Source of the DNA: Macrostomum lignano | Lineage: Eukaryota | DNA: 64,000 nt | Assembly (NCBI GenBank): GCA_002269645.1 | Contig: NIVC01001063.1 | Location: forward strand, 159,785 to 223,784 | Direction of reading: 5' to 3' | Part shown: positions 14,293-27,800 of the stretch, one piece after another | Numbering within the stretch: the first letter of the stretch is position 1 | Layout of the letters: each line of letters begins with the position of its first letter | Notes under the pieces: model-generated | Databases searched by the model: none | Seen by the model: only the letters and a program-made list of their open reading frames with translations | Told to the model about the DNA's origin: nothing | Program-made: the position numbers and the translations under genes

Positions 14293-16180
14293 GGACAAAT
14301 TACTTCGCTATGGACTCCCAAACCGCTCAACCAAATTACACCAAACTTTACACCCACCCTAAACTTACTACGGAGAATGTCTTAGGCTACCTTTTAATTT
14401 CCTAGACTCAAGTCTTCCTACCTAAAAGTACAAAAAACTGCTCAAAATGCGCGATTTTTTCACTAAATCCTCCATAGCGCCGCTCCACTTCTACCGATTC
14501 TCTTCAAATTTGACACAGGCAATTTTCAACTATTTTGACACAATCGTGTAAAATTTCAAATCTCAAAGTTAATCCTAAAAGCCGCTGTGCACTTTTAAAG
14601 TTAGGCTGTTTTTTTCAGCGTAGCAACCACCCCAACCTCCGCCCGCCTGCCTCTCTTTCCCGATCTGGGCCCAGATGTGTAAAAGGGTTTCAAAATTGAC
14701 TAACTTTCAGCTGCCATAAGTTTTCTCCACGTAAAACGATTGACTTCAAACTTGACACAATTCTTCATTGACTCATTCTCTGTCTAAATGTAAAGTTTCA
14801 ACTCTGTAGCTCAACCGAAAAAGAAACTGTAAGCATGTGAAGTTTGTCTGCTTTTTCTGTTGTTTGTGCCACTCACTCACTCATTCCCCCAGAGCCAGAC
14901 GAAGGGTCAGGCGATAGGACTGAATGTACATAGCAAATGTACAGTTTTTTGGAATAACTTTATTTATAGCCTTCTCTGCACCCCGAGAGTGGAGAGGCTA
15001 CGTTTAGCCATGGCAGTTTAGTGAGAAATTCTAACCACTGCCCTCCCCTCTGTATTGGCAAACTCTGCAGCAGTTTAACAGTGGATGGCAATTGGCAAAT
15101 CGAGGGAATCCAGCATGGTTTGTAAAAGCGAAATATTTATGAAAAGGCGATGCGATGCAATGCAATACAACCCTACTAAATTAGGCACACCATGGAAATT
15201 TAGGTTTTCTCTTAAAGGTACTGTGTAAATATTAAATGGCCTCCTAAGAAATGCGTATTTCCTTGGTTGTTAGACTGATGCAGACTGCAGTGGAGCTGAA
15301 GATACACAAATTCCTTTCAGGGCTGCAAATTGGCAAGAAAGATGACGTGATCAAAGCATGAGAACAACCATGAGAGTACTACGAGCGTACGTCCCACAAA
15401 CTGGCTTTCCAAGCAGGGATGGGCATACTTTTTCCTCAAAGGCCAGATAAAGAATCCAGCTCATAGCTGAGGGGCAGATGAAAGTGGAAAGAAGAAGGAA
15501 TAGACGATTCGAAGAGAGGAGAGGCGACAGAGGGGATAAAAGAAAAGATAAAAGATAATAGGAGAGATAAGGGGGTGAGGACGATGAGAGAGAGGGGAGA
15601 AGAGGGGAGAGAGGAAAAGCGAGAGGAGAGAGTAGAGATGAGAGAGCAGAGAGCTGCAGATGAGAGGAGAGCAGAGATGAAACAGGTGAAAGCAGAGAGA
15701 TGAGAGAGTAAAGGAAAGAGAGAAGAGATAAAGATACATCTCTACATCTCTAAGGTTCTAGAGATGAGAGAGGTGGAAGGAGAGATAAGAGATAACGGAG
15801 AGAGGAGAGTGGAGTGAGAGAAGAGTATAAGAGAAGAGAAGACAGAGTATAGAAAAGGGAAGAGAAGAGAAAAGAAGAAAGGAGAAAGGAAAGTGAGGAG
15901 TCAAAAGAGGGGAAAGAAAAGAGTACAGAGGAGAGAGGTGAGAAAACATATAAGACAGAGATGCCAGATTAAAGAGGGGGATGAGAGAGCAGATACGAGA
16001 GTGAACAGATAAAAGATTGGAGAGTAGAGAGAACAGAGGAGAGGTTACAGAGACGAGAGGAGAGAGGAGAGACAAAGGTATAGAAGTGAGTGAGGAGAGA
16101 GGAGAGGAAAGAGGAGAATGGAGAGGGGAGAGAGTAGAGAGAGAAGGTGAGATAAGAGAGAAAGACAGAGAAGAGGGAGA

Positions 16181-16250
<70 letters not shown>

Positions 16251-18221
16251 AGCAGAGAGAAATGAGAAGAGATAAGAGATAAAAGATAAAAGAAGAGAAA
16301 GGAATGATGAGAGAGCAAAGATGAGAGAGAAAAGAGGTGAGGGAAGAGACGAGAGAAGAGGGGAGATATGAGAGAGTAGAGGAGAGAGGAGAAGGGGAGA
16401 GAGGAGAGGAGAGAGAAAACGAAAAAGTAGAGAGGAGAAAGGAGAGGAGAGAGAAACGAAGAGACAAGAGATGAGATAAGAGAGATGAAAGAGAAGAGAG
16501 ATGAGGGAAGATACGAGAGAAGAGGGGAGAGATGAGAGAGTAGAGGAGAGAGTTAAGAGAAGAGAGAAAAGAATAGAAAGGAGAAGGAAGATAAGAGAGA
16601 AGAGGGGGTGAGAGGAGAGAGGAGAGGAGAGAGGAGAGGAGAGAGAAAAGAAGAGACAAGAGATGAGATAAGAGAGATGAAAGAGAAGAGAGATGAGGGA
16701 AGATACGAGAGAAGAGGGGAGAGAGGAGAGAGGAGAGACGAGAGACGAGAGACGAGGGACGAGAGAGATGAGAGGAAACAAAGAGACAATAGAAATTTTA
16801 AAGGATCCAAGGGACGTAGGGAGAGTCAGGGAGAGACCAGAGTTTAGCAATATATGTTTTAGAGTCAGACAGACATTGCCTGACATTCTGCGCAGTACCC
16901 CAGCCAACAATGTCTCAAACCCTAATTTTACACGAATGTGCTTCATTTTATGTCTACCTCTATCCTACTAACTATTAACAAGTTTTTGTTTGTGTATGGC
17001 CTTAGATTTCAGAATACATGCAAAAGTAGTTCCGGGTATTGGAATTCCCCGGGTTCAAAATCCGCGGGTTTCAACAGCTTGTCTACCTATAAAAATCAAA
17101 ACTCTGTCTGTCTGTCTGTGGACAAATTACTTCGCTATGGACTCCCAAACCGCTCAACCAAATTACACCAAACTTTACACCCACCCTAAACTTACTACGG
17201 AGAATGTCTTAGGCTACCTTAAAATTTCCTAAATTTGAGTCTTCCTACCTAAAAGTACAAAAAACTGCTCAAAATGCGCGATTTTTTCACTTAATCCTCC
17301 ATAGCGCCGCTCCACTTCTACCGATTCTCTTCAAATTTGACACAGATAATCTTAAACTATTTTGGCACAATCATGTAAAATTTCGAGTCTCAAAGTTAAT
17401 CCTGAGCGGTGCTGTGCACTTTTAAAGTTAGGCTGTTTTTCAGCGTAGCAACCACCCCAACCTCTGCCCGCCTGCCTCTCTTTCCCGATCTGGGCAAAGG
17501 GTGTGAATAGGTTTTAAAATGCCTAACTTTCGGCTGCCATAGTTTTGCTCCACGTGAAGCGATTGACTTAAAATTTGACACAATTCTTTATTGACTCATT
17601 CTCTGCCTACATGTAAAGTCTCAACTCTGTATCTCAATCAGGACAGAAACTGTAAGCATGTGAAGTTTGTCTGCTTTTTCTGTTGTTTGTGCCACTCACT
17701 CACTCATTCCCCCAGCTCAGACGAAGGTTCAGGCGATAGGACTGAATGTACATAGCAAATGTACAGTGTTTTGGAATAACTTTTTTTATAGCCTTCTCGC
17801 ACCCCGAGAGTGGAGAGGCTACGTTTAGCCATAACAGTTTAGTGAGAAATTCTAACCACTGCCCTCCCCTCTGTATAGGCAAACTCTGCAGCAGTTTAAC
17901 AGTGGATGGCAATTGGCAAATCGAGGCAATCCAGCATGGTTTGTAAAAGCGAAATATTTATGAAAAGGCGATGCGATGCAATGAAATACAACCCAACTAA
18001 ATTAGGCACACCATGGAAATTTTAAGTTTCTCTTAAAAGTACTTTGGAATTTAAATGGCCTAAGAAATGCGCTTTTCCTTGGTTGTTAGACTGATGCAGA
18101 CTGCAGTGGAGCTGAAGATACACAAATTCCTTTCAGGGCTGCAAATTGGCAAGAAAGATGACGTGATCAAAGCATGAGAATAACGATGAGAGTAGTACGT
18201 CCCACAAACTGGCTTTCGAAG

Positions 18222-19089
18222 CAGGGATCGGCAGACTTTTACTTCAAAAGCCAGATAAAGAATCCAGCTTATGTGCGGGCCAGATGAGAGTGGAAAGGAA
18301 GGAATAGACTATTAGAAGAGAGGAGAGGCGAGACGGGGATAAGAGAAAACATGGAAGATAAGAGGAGAGACAAGTGGTGAGGAGAGAGCAGAGAAGAAAG
18401 GAGGAAGAAGCGAGAGGAGGGGAGAAAGGAGGGAGAGGAAAGAGTAAAGGTGAGAAGAGGGGAGAGATGAGACAGAGGATCGATGAGAGGAGAGTAGAGA
18501 TGAGAGAGCAGAAAGAAGATGACAGAGGGTCAAGAGGAGAGGAGAGATTAGAGAGGAGAGAGTAGAAAGGATAGAGAAGAGAGGAGATAAGAGGGGGAGA
18601 GAGGAGTGAGAAGAGAAGAGATAGAGATAAGAGAGGAGTGTAAGAAGAGGGGTGTAAGAAGAGGGGAGAAAGGAGAGATGAGATTGTAGAGATGAGACAG
18701 ATTAAAGGAGAGATGAGAGAGTAAAGATGAGAGATGAAAAAGGTGAGAGGAGAGTGCAGAGAGACGAGAGAAGATAATAGAGGAGAGAGAGTATAGAAGA
18801 GGGAAGAGAAAAGAAGAGAGGAGTAAGGAAAGAGAGGAGTCAGAAGAGGTGAAAGAGAAGAGTACAGAGGAGATAAGTGAGAGAACGTATGAGAGAGTAA
18901 AGATGACAGATGAGAGAGCAGAGATGAGGGTGAACAGACGAGAGATGGGAGAGTAGAGAGAACAGAGGAGAGATAAGAGAGAAGAGATAACAGAGACTAG
19001 AGGAGAGAGGGGAGACAGGGAGAGAGAAGAGGAAATATGAGAATGAAGAGGGGAGAGAGTAGAGAGGAGAGGAGAGATGGGAGAGGAGA

Positions 19090-19140
<51 letters not shown>

Positions 19141-19581
19141 AGAGCAGAGCAGAGCAGAGCAGAGCAGAGCAGAGCAGAGCAGAGAGAAACGAGAAGAGAT
19201 AAGAGAGAAAAGATAAAAGAAGAGAAAGGAGAGATGAAAACGCAGACGAGAGAGAAGAGAGGTGAGGGAAGAGACGAGCGACGAGGGGAGAGAGAAGAGA
19301 TGAGAGAAAAGAGAGAGGAAAGAGAAGAGAGATGAGGGAAGATACGAGATAAGAGGGGAGAGAGGAGAGAGGAGAGAAGAGATAAAACAAGAAAAGAGAT
19401 GAGAGAAAAGAGAGAGGAAAGAGAAGAGAGATGAGGGAAGATACGAGATAAGAGGGGAGAGAGGAGAGAGGAGAGACGAGGGACGAGAGAGAAGAGAGGA
19501 AACAGAAGAGACGATATAAATTTTAAAGGATCCAAGGGACGTAGGGAGAGTCAGGGAGAGGCCAGAGTTTGCCAATACATG
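18222..19581 (+). mobile_element. Charlie/MER58-like hAT relic with GA-rich interior (Helitron unit 6)
   Basis: Left CAGGGATCGGCAGACT versus right-end reverse complement CATGTATTGGCAAACT (12/16 match), enclosing the GA-rich block with (GA)n and (GCAGA)n tracts. Confidence 0.6.
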
Positions 19582-20463
19582 TTTTAGAGTCAGACAGACA
19601 TTGCCTGACATTCTTCGGAGTACCCCAGCCAACAATATCAATGTTTGCCTCAAACCCTAATTTTACACGAATGTGCTCCATTTTATGTCTACCTCTATCC
19701 TACTAACTATTAACAATTTTTGTTTGTGTATGGCCTTAGATTTCAGAATACATGCAAAAGTAGTTCCGGGGATTGGAATTCCCCGGGTTCAAAATCCGCG
19801 GGTTTCAACAGCTTGTTCCTTCATATAAATATACTAGGCAACATATCACATGGAAGATCATGTGATTTTTTTGGTAGCAATAATAGAACTATAGCATTCT
19901 TTTTTGCCAAAATTGTGACCTAGTTTGCCTAGAATGTTCATTTGAATTTATTTTGTGGATAAACATGTACACAGATTCATATTAGCCACTAAAATAAAAG
20001 AGATGTCAATTCAATTAGTTGTCATGCAGAAAAAGATGCTTACTAGCTCTAAATACCTTTGGATATACACTTAAATATAGTTCACCCACTGAATGCATTT
20101 CTTCTTGCTTGAGCCAAGTTTTTGCCCATGACTTCACATTGTATGGCATGGCAATGACTCGAACTTGCTATTTTGCTGCTGACTTCAGTGTTGATGCTGC
20201 ACGCTCAGCTGGATTGATAAAAGCGAATATGGTGGCAGAAAGTGACAGCTATGGTCATTCTTGTTCCTTATATGTCTGTCTAGTCTATCCCTAGTTTCTA
20301 CAGGCAAACTAGATAGCAAAGGGTATAATAGAATTTCCAACTCTTAACAGACGTACTCAGATAGAGATGCAGTAGGTAATTGGTTTATTTGCTTCAACTG
20401 GCAACTCTTTTACAGATCCTTTGCTAATTAGATTTTAGCAATCGGATTGAATTGCTTGAAGCA

Positions 20464-22750
20464 ATGGGCAGCTCAGATGGGCGGGTGATTGTCATCACTG
20501 GTGCCAACCGGGGCATCGGGTTCTGTCTTGCCCGCAAGCTGATCGCTGATGCAGCCAGCGAATTTGCCTCCTCAGCCCTGGAGAAGCCGCCACAGCTGAC
20601 TCTGTGTCTGTGCTGCAGAAATTTGCAAGCAGCTCGAGCTGCCGCGGAGTCGCTGCGCAGTTTGGCTGCGGCTGCTTTTAATTCTGCTTCTAGTGGTAGA
20701 AATTTAACATCGGATTCTTCTTGGTGTCGCATTGACCTGTGCAAACTGGACACCAGCGATTTCGATTCTGTTCGCGATTGCACGCAGTGGCTACTGAATC
20801 GGTTGGCTATCTTTGCACTTTGTACTTTTGGTGCTTAAGTTATGGATTGTAGATTGTGCTGTACTTTGGTTTTCCCTATCTGTGTTTTTAGTTAGTGTGC
20901 TGCGTTTGTGCTCTGCAGTTCTAGTGTAACTTTGTTGCACTTTCTGTGTTTTGAGTGTACTTTAGGTATGACTTTGTACTTTCTCTGTGTTTTGAGTGTA
21001 CTTTAAGTATGACTGTACTTTCTCTGTGTTTTGAGTGAACATTAAGTATGACTGTACTTTCTCTGTTTTGAGTGTACTTTATGGCTTCGTTGCACTTGCA
21101 CTATGTGCTTTAATTGCACTTTAAGTATCCCTTTGTTTGTACGTTCTGTGTGTTTTGAGTGTACTTTAAGTATTCCTTTGTACTTTCTGTGTGTTTTAGT
21201 GTACTTTAAATACCGGTATGGCTTTGTTTGCACTTTCTCTGTGTTTTGAGTGCACTTTAAGTATGACTGTACTTTCTGTGTGTTTTGAGTGCACTGGCTT
21301 TTTTGTACTGTCTGTATTATCAAAGGTACATGTAATTAGCTACTCAGTAATTCTACTGCCGTTAGTATTATAATCGGAGGTAGGGTCCAAGTACTCAAAT
21401 TCCAGTAAAACCAGGCCGCAAGAATCTGCCGAACCCGCAGGTACAACCGAATAGATATGCTCTACCTGAATGCCGGCATTCTGCTGGTCAGTCGGGTCGA
21501 TTGGTTCTATTTGATCCGCAATTTTATAAGCCGGGAGGCCTGGTCCATGCTCACCACAGGCCTGGGCGTTCTCGTGCAGGCCGACTTTGACTGCCAGGAC
21601 GGCAGGCGGGGCGTCTTTAAGACTAACGTTGGCGGCCACTTCCTGCTCACCATGGGGCTGCTGCACCCGCCTGGTGGCGCGCCGTCGCCTCTTGGTCGGC
21701 ATTCCGCGACGGGTCAGGTGAGAACAGGGGCCGGAGCTAGGGAACTTGCTGGGAATTGTCTCTGTACCTGTGTTCGAGAATCCCGTTTGAACCATCTGAA
21801 TCAAAATAAAAAAGGCCTCGAATCTCCCCAGAATCGCCAATTAAGCTCGCCTTAAATCTCCCCAAAAATCGCCCTAAATTTCCCCAAGAATCGCCCTAAA
21901 TCTACCCAAGAATCGCCCTAAATCTCCCCAAGAATCGCCCTAAATCTCCCCAAGAATCGCCCTAAATCTACCCAAGAATCGCCCATCAAGATCGCCCTTA
22001 ATCTCCCCAAGAATCGCCCATTAAGATCGCCCTGAATCTCTCCAAAAATAGCCCATCAAGATCGCCCCTAAATTTCCTCAAGAATCGCCCTAAATTTCCC
22101 CAAGAATCGCCCCTTAACATCGCCCCTGAATCTCCTTAGAATCGCCCATCAAGATCGCTCTGAATCTCCCCAAGAATCGCCCATTAAGATCGCCCTGAAT
22201 CTTCCTAAGAATCGCACTGAATCGCCCCAATAATCGCCCTGACAACGCGCCGCAGGCCAGTCGAGTTGTGTGGACTTCATCCTGCAACGCGTCGCGCCGT
22301 CACTTCAAGCTGTCCGACCCCGAGTGCCGCCACTCCATGGCGCCCTACGCCGCTGGCAAGCACGCCATCGACCTGCTGTGCCTGCACCTCAACCAGCGCT
22401 ACCAGCCTGCCGGTGTGCAGTTCTGCCCGGTGGACCCGGGCCTGGTGGTCACCAACCTGGCTGAAGGCATCGTGCCGCTGTGGTTCTGGTACCTGGCCTG
22501 GCCGCTGCTGTGCCTGCTTCGCCTGCTGGTGACGAGCTACAACCTGACCGCGGAGAACGGGGTGCACGCGCTGGCGCAGGTGGCACATCCTGGCGAGCGC
22601 CTGCGGCCAGACTGCAAGTACTTCAGCCGGACCGGCCTGCTGGGACGGCCCTACATGGGCGTCGAGCCGATATCTGGCAGCCAGGATGAGTCCAAGATGC
22701 TCTACCAAAGCTTGCTGGATTATGCAGAGCTGCGGGACCGGGTGTCTTAG
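20464..22750 (+). CDS. HSD17B7: 3-keto-steroid reductase / 17-beta-hydroxysteroid dehydrogenase 7-like SDR, 369 aa, 3 exons
   Basis: join(20464..20801,21441..21717,22256..22750); GT-AG introns, phases 2 and 0, consistent. Motifs TGANRGIG (Rossmann), YLNAGI, FKTNVGGHF, WTSS, catalytic YAAGK (YxxxK), DPGLVVTNL and a C-terminal hydrophobic segment. Confidence 0.88.
20930..21310. repeat. ~39-bp degenerate minisatellite in HSD17B7 intron 1
   Basis: Tandem TGAGTGTACTTTAAGTATGACTGTACTTTCTCTGTGTTT-like units. Confidence 0.8.
21820..22240. repeat. 22-bp minisatellite in HSD17B7 intron 2
   Basis: Tandem AATCTCCCCAAGAATCGCCCTA units and variants. Confidence 0.85.
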
Positions 22751-22879
22751 AGATCTAGAATCCTATTTTTAACTCTAGATAGTGACGCTATTGGGCTTTT
22801 AGTATTATCAGAAGTGCCCTTCTATGCTTGTCCCTGTCAAATTCTTACTGAACATCTATATTCCCCCGCCTAGCTGTCT

Positions 22880-23250
22880 TGTCTTAATCCCGTCCATTCC
22901 TCTCCAGATCCCCTGTGTCATAATCCCCCCAGATCCTCTGTGTCCTGATTCCCCCCACATCCCCTGTGTTTCAATCCCCCCCAGATCCCCTGTATTAATT
23001 CCTCACAGATCTACTGTCCCATTTCCCCCCTGATCCACGGTGTCTTAATTCCTTTCAGATCCACTGTCTTAATTCCCCCAGATCCCCTGTGTCTTAATTC
23101 CCCCCAGATCCTCTGTTTCTTAATTCCCCTTGGATCCACTGTCTTAATTTCCTTCTAGATCGCCTGTATATTGATTCCCCTAGATCTCCAGCATAAATCC
23201 TCTCCATATCCATTGTGTTAATACCCTACAGCTCCCGTGTCTTAGTTCTC
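22880..23250. repeat. ~24-bp degenerate minisatellite 3' of HSD17B7
   Basis: Tandem CCCCAGATCCCCTGTGTCTTAATT-like units. Confidence 0.75.
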
Positions 23251-24062
23251 CTCTAGCCCCTATCTCAAGTGCCCCCGAAGTCACCATCTTAACTCTTCCA
23301 TTTTTATTATATAATGTTGTAGTTTGTTCCATCTGAGTGTGCCAGAACGTTTGGTATATTTTTGATTTCCTGCTTAGTTTAACCTGTCCAGATATTATCG
23401 TTTCCAAGCGCTTTGATTTGCCTTCAGTTTTGTGCTTTATTAGCTTTTAATCTAGCCAGCAGTCATATTGATTTGTGATTTGCCAAATTTAATAGTTAGC
23501 TATAATTTCAATGGATGCTTGTAAGCTAGTGCAAGTAGTATAATAAAGATGATATGATTGGAATAAATAGTAATTCCCAGAAAACTGGTTTATTAACGAT
23601 TGTTTATACTCGTATTGTAAAAATCATTTTCAACAAGTGTGTCAGGGGTCGGATAAATACCCTAATTTTTCTAGATGTCACCAATTGGACCCAATCTAGC
23701 TCAGCCAATGAGAGAGCAGTTAGGAGTAAGACCAAAGTCACGTACGAAGCTCAGTCTAGGGGACAGGCCCGATCTGGCTCAGCCAATAAGAGAGCAGTAA
23801 GGAGAGTGGCCAAATTCAGACGTACAAAGCTCAGTCTAGGGAGCAGGACCAATCCGGCTCAGCCAATGAGAGAGCAGTAAGGAGAGAGGCCAAAGTCAGA
23901 CGTACAAAGCTCAGTCTAGGGAGCAGGACCAATCCGGCTCAGCCAATGAGAGAGCAGTAAGGAGAGAGACCAAAGTCAGACGTACAAAGCTCAGTCTAGG
24001 GAGCAGGCCCAATCCGGCTCAGCCAATGAGAGAGCAGTAAGGAGAGAGGCCAAAGTCAGACG

Positions 24063-24321
24063 AATAAAATGAATGAGAACAAACATTAACTTGTTTTTAT
24101 TTACTTTAATTTAATTGCCAATGCATTTCGACCCTTGTAGGTCATCGTCAGGTAGGTCAACAGTTGAATCAACTGTTTGTTAATATTTTCAATTTCATTA
24201 CTGCCCTGACGATGACCTACAAGGGTCGAAATGCATTGGCGATTAAATTGAAGTAATTATAAACAAGCTAATGTTTGTTCTCTCATTCATTTTATTCCTA
24301 TTTATTAAGTGAGCTACTCTA
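24063..24321. mobile_element. Penelope-like (PLE) inverted pLTR hairpin insertion
   Basis: Inverted arms of ~90 bp (24063-24151 / 24205-24296) containing a CTGACGA...GAAA hammerhead core and an AT-rich tail. Flanked by a 13-bp duplication CCAAAGTCAGACG (24050-24062, 24322-24334). Confidence 0.7.
24202..24241 (+). ncRNA. Minimal type I hammerhead ribozyme motif
   Basis: TGCC-CTGACGA-T-GACC(TACAAG)GGTC-GAA-ATGCAT-T-GGCG: stem I TGCC/GGCG, core CUGANGA, stem II GACC/GGTC, GAAA, palindromic stem III ATGCAT, AUU triplet. Predicted cut after 24237. Confidence 0.65.
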
Positions 24322-24893
24322 CCAAAGTCAGACGGACAAACTCAGTCTTGGGGGTCAGGCCCAATCCGGCTCAGCCAATGAGAGAGCAGTTAGAAGAGAG
24401 GCCAAAGTCTGTCGGACGAAACTCAGCCTAGAGGTCGGGCCCAATCTAGCTCAGCCGAGCAGTAAGGAAAGAGATCAAAGTTAGACACAAGCAAGCAAGA
24501 GGAAAACTAAACTGTTTATCGGCCTGGTTGGGGGCTAGGGCACCCCTTTTCTCTCTTGCTTGCTGTGCACACGCACTTGGTTTTTTTTTAAATTTTCCGG
24601 CACTGCTAATTTAATGAGTCTGCTTTTAGAAAGCCAGAAGCGATTATTGCACCTGCAAAAAGTTTTAAAATTTGTGAAATTAAATTTCTTAAAATTTACC
24701 ATTAGAAAAGCAGAAAACGCTAGATTTTCTACTAAAAAACAGTAGATGAAGCGCATTTTTGCTAGTAGCATTCAGTTATTCCAGATCTTTGAGTGCTAAG
24801 CACGCGCAATAAAGTACAATATATGTACTTCGCGAATTCTAGTTTTTTTCTTTATATTATCTTGCAGCCAAAAAGAATTGTTGCCAATCTGAA

Positions 24894-27800
24894 ATGAAGC
24901 GCTGCACAGCAGACATACTGAAGGCCCTGCGCCAGCTCATGTCCCGGCACCAGCTCAACGCTTATCTGGTGCCCTCTGAGGACGCGCACATGTCCGAGTA
25001 CGTGGCCGACTGCGACAAGAGGCGGGCTCAGCTGACCGGCTTCACTGGCAGCGCCGGCACCGCCCTTGTCACCGAGGTGAGATATCCATCAGTTTTGGCA
25101 ATGGTCTGCTGCTGTTGTTTTTTTCGATACATATCGTCTCGTGAGAGTCCAGATACTTGAGAATTAAAAGTAAATGTCCGGCCAGGAGTATGAAGGGCAG
25201 AAATCAGAATGAAGGTTCGGAAGCAGAGGAGAATGAAGGGGCGGAAGCAGAGGAGAATGAAGGGGCGGAAGCAGAGGAGAATGAAGGGGCGGAAGCAGAG
25301 GAGAATGAAGGGGCGGAATTACCGTTGAGGGGAGAATGAAGGGGCGGAAGCAGAGGAGAATGAAGGGGCGGAAGCAGAGGAGAATGAAGGGGCGGAATTA
25401 CCGTTGAGGGGAGAATGAAGGGGCGGAAGCAGAGGAGAATGAAGGGGCGGAATTACCGTTGAGGGGAGAATGAAGGGGCGGAAGCAGAGGAGAATGAAGG
25501 GGCGGAATTACCGTTGAGGGGAGAATGAAGGGGCGGAATTACCGAGGAGAATGAAGGGGCGGAATTACCAAGGAGAATGAAGGGGCGGAATTACGGGGGA
25601 GAGTGAAGGGGCGGAAACCGAGGAGAGTGAAGGGGCGGAAACCGAAGAGAGTGAAGGGGCGGAAACCGAAGAGAGTGAAGGGGCAGAAACCGAGGAGAGT
25701 GAAGGGGCGGAAACCGAAGAGAGTGAAGGGGCGGAAACCGAAGAGAGTGAAGGGGCCGAAACCGAAGAGAGTGAAGGGGCGGAAACCGAAGAGAGTGAAG
25801 GGGCGAAAACCGAAGAGAATAAAGGGGCGGAAGCCGGAACTCTATCCCCCACTTCGCAGTCCGAGGCGCTGATGTGGACAGACGGGCGCTATTTCCTTCA
25901 AGCCGAGCAGCAGATGGACTCCAACTGGACGCTGATGCGCGCCCTCGCCAAGGACGTGCCGACCCTCACGGAGTACCTGGCCAACCGGGGGTTCGCCCGG
26001 GTTGGCTTCGACCCGACAACGCTGCCCTTCGGCCGGTTCATTGAGATGCGGGACAGCCTGGCCGCGGGCGGCACCGAGCTGGTCGGCCTGCCAGACAATC
26101 TGGTGGACGCCGTGTGGACCGGCCGGCCTGAGAGGCCGCTGGGCAGGCGGCTGTTCCTGCTCACTGCCGAGGAGGCCGGGGCCGGACCGGCTGAGAAGCT
26201 CGCGCTGGTGAGTTCGGCTGAGTCCGCCTGCTGGAAGCGATTTCTTGCTGTGTTCTGCTGTCTCTTGGCTTTTGCTTTCTCTTTTCTCCTCTCAGCTCCT
26301 TTGCCTTCATCTTCCCCCACATCTTCTCTCCCACCTCCTCTGCTCCTCTCCCACCTCCTCTCCTGCACTCCCACCTTCTCCCCTCCCACCTCCTCTCCTG
26401 CACTCCCACCTCCTCTCCTGCACTCCCACCTCCTCTCCTTCACTCTCACCTCCTCTCCTCCCACCTCCCCTCCTGCAGCTCCGCCAGGAGATGCAGAAGT
26501 GCAAGGCCGGCCTGCTGATCCTGTCCGCCCTAGACGACGTAGCCTGGCTGTTCAACTACCGCGCAGTCGGCGTCATCCCGATGTCGCCCGTGCTGTTCGC
26601 CTACGCCGCGGTCACGCCCGACTCGGCGCACCTGTTCGCCGACTTGCACGAGTCGGCCCTGGCCGAATTCAAGCAGCACGTGGCCGAGACCGGCGTCCAG
26701 CTGCACGCCTACGCCAAGTTCCAGTCCGAGTTGGAGAAGCTCGTTGCCGGCAGCAACGGCAGGGTCTGGCTGGACCATCGGGCCAGCGCTGCCGTGGGAC
26801 TGCCGGTGCCGAAGGCGCGAGTGTACACGGCCAACTCGCCTGCGTCTGTGCTGAAAGCGGTACGCCATTGATAGGTCTGGATCAGCTCTTCTAGGAGAGC
26901 TCAGTTGGGGAAAGGGTCGAGAGGACAAGTGAGTCAAAGTAAGGGCAGATTGGCCGTGAGAAGACAGGTGAATAAAGTGAGGACAGGAGCCCAAGGAGAG
27001 GACAGGTGGATCAATGAGAGGACTCGGGGGTCAAGGAGCTAAAGAGGGCAGGTGGATCAATGAGAAGACAGGTGGTTTAGTGAGAGGACAGGTACATGTA
27101 GATCAATGAGAGGACAGGTAGATCAATGAGAGGACAGGTAGATCAATGAGAGGACAGGTAGATCAATGAGAGGACAGGTAGATCAATGAGAGGACAGGTA
27201 GATCAATGAGAGGACAGGTAGATCAATGAGAGGACAGGTAGATCAATGAGAGGTTGATCCACATTGATCCACCTGTCCTTTTAAGGTGGTTTAGTGAGGG
27301 GACAGGTGGATCAATGAGGGGACTCATTGATCCATCCGTCACTTCTCATTGATCCATCCGTCACAGTTGGATCAATGAGAAGACAGGTGGATCAATGAGA
27401 GGACAGGTAAATCAATGAGAGGACAGGTGGGTCAATGAGAAGACAGGTGGGTCAATGAGAGGACAAGTAGATTAATGAGAGGACAGGTGGGTCAATGAGA
27501 AGACAGGTGGGTCAATGAGAAGACAGGTGGGTCAATAAGAGGACAGGTGGATCAATGAGAGGACAGGTGGGTCAATGAGAGGACAAGTAGATTAATGAGA
27601 GGACAGGTGGATCAATGAGAGGACAGGTGGGTCAATGAGAGGACAGGTGGGTCAATGAGAGGACAAGTGGATTAATGAGAAGACAGGTGGGTCAATGAGA
27701 GGACAAGTAGATTAATGAGAGGACAGATGGATCAATGAGAGGACAGGTGGGTCAATGAGAGGACAGGTGGGTCAATGAGAAGACAGGTGGGTCAATGAGA

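Larger units (their letters stand above)
23687..24480. repeat. 80-bp tandem repeat interrupted by an insertion
   Basis: AGCCAATGAGAGAGCAG... recurs at an 80-bp period (23861, 23941, 24021). The array resumes at 24322 after the 24063-24321 insertion. Confidence 0.85.

Noticed and set aside
24112-24156. Second hammerhead on the minus-strand arm
   Set aside because: The core is present but stem I does not pair (CTAC versus GGCA).
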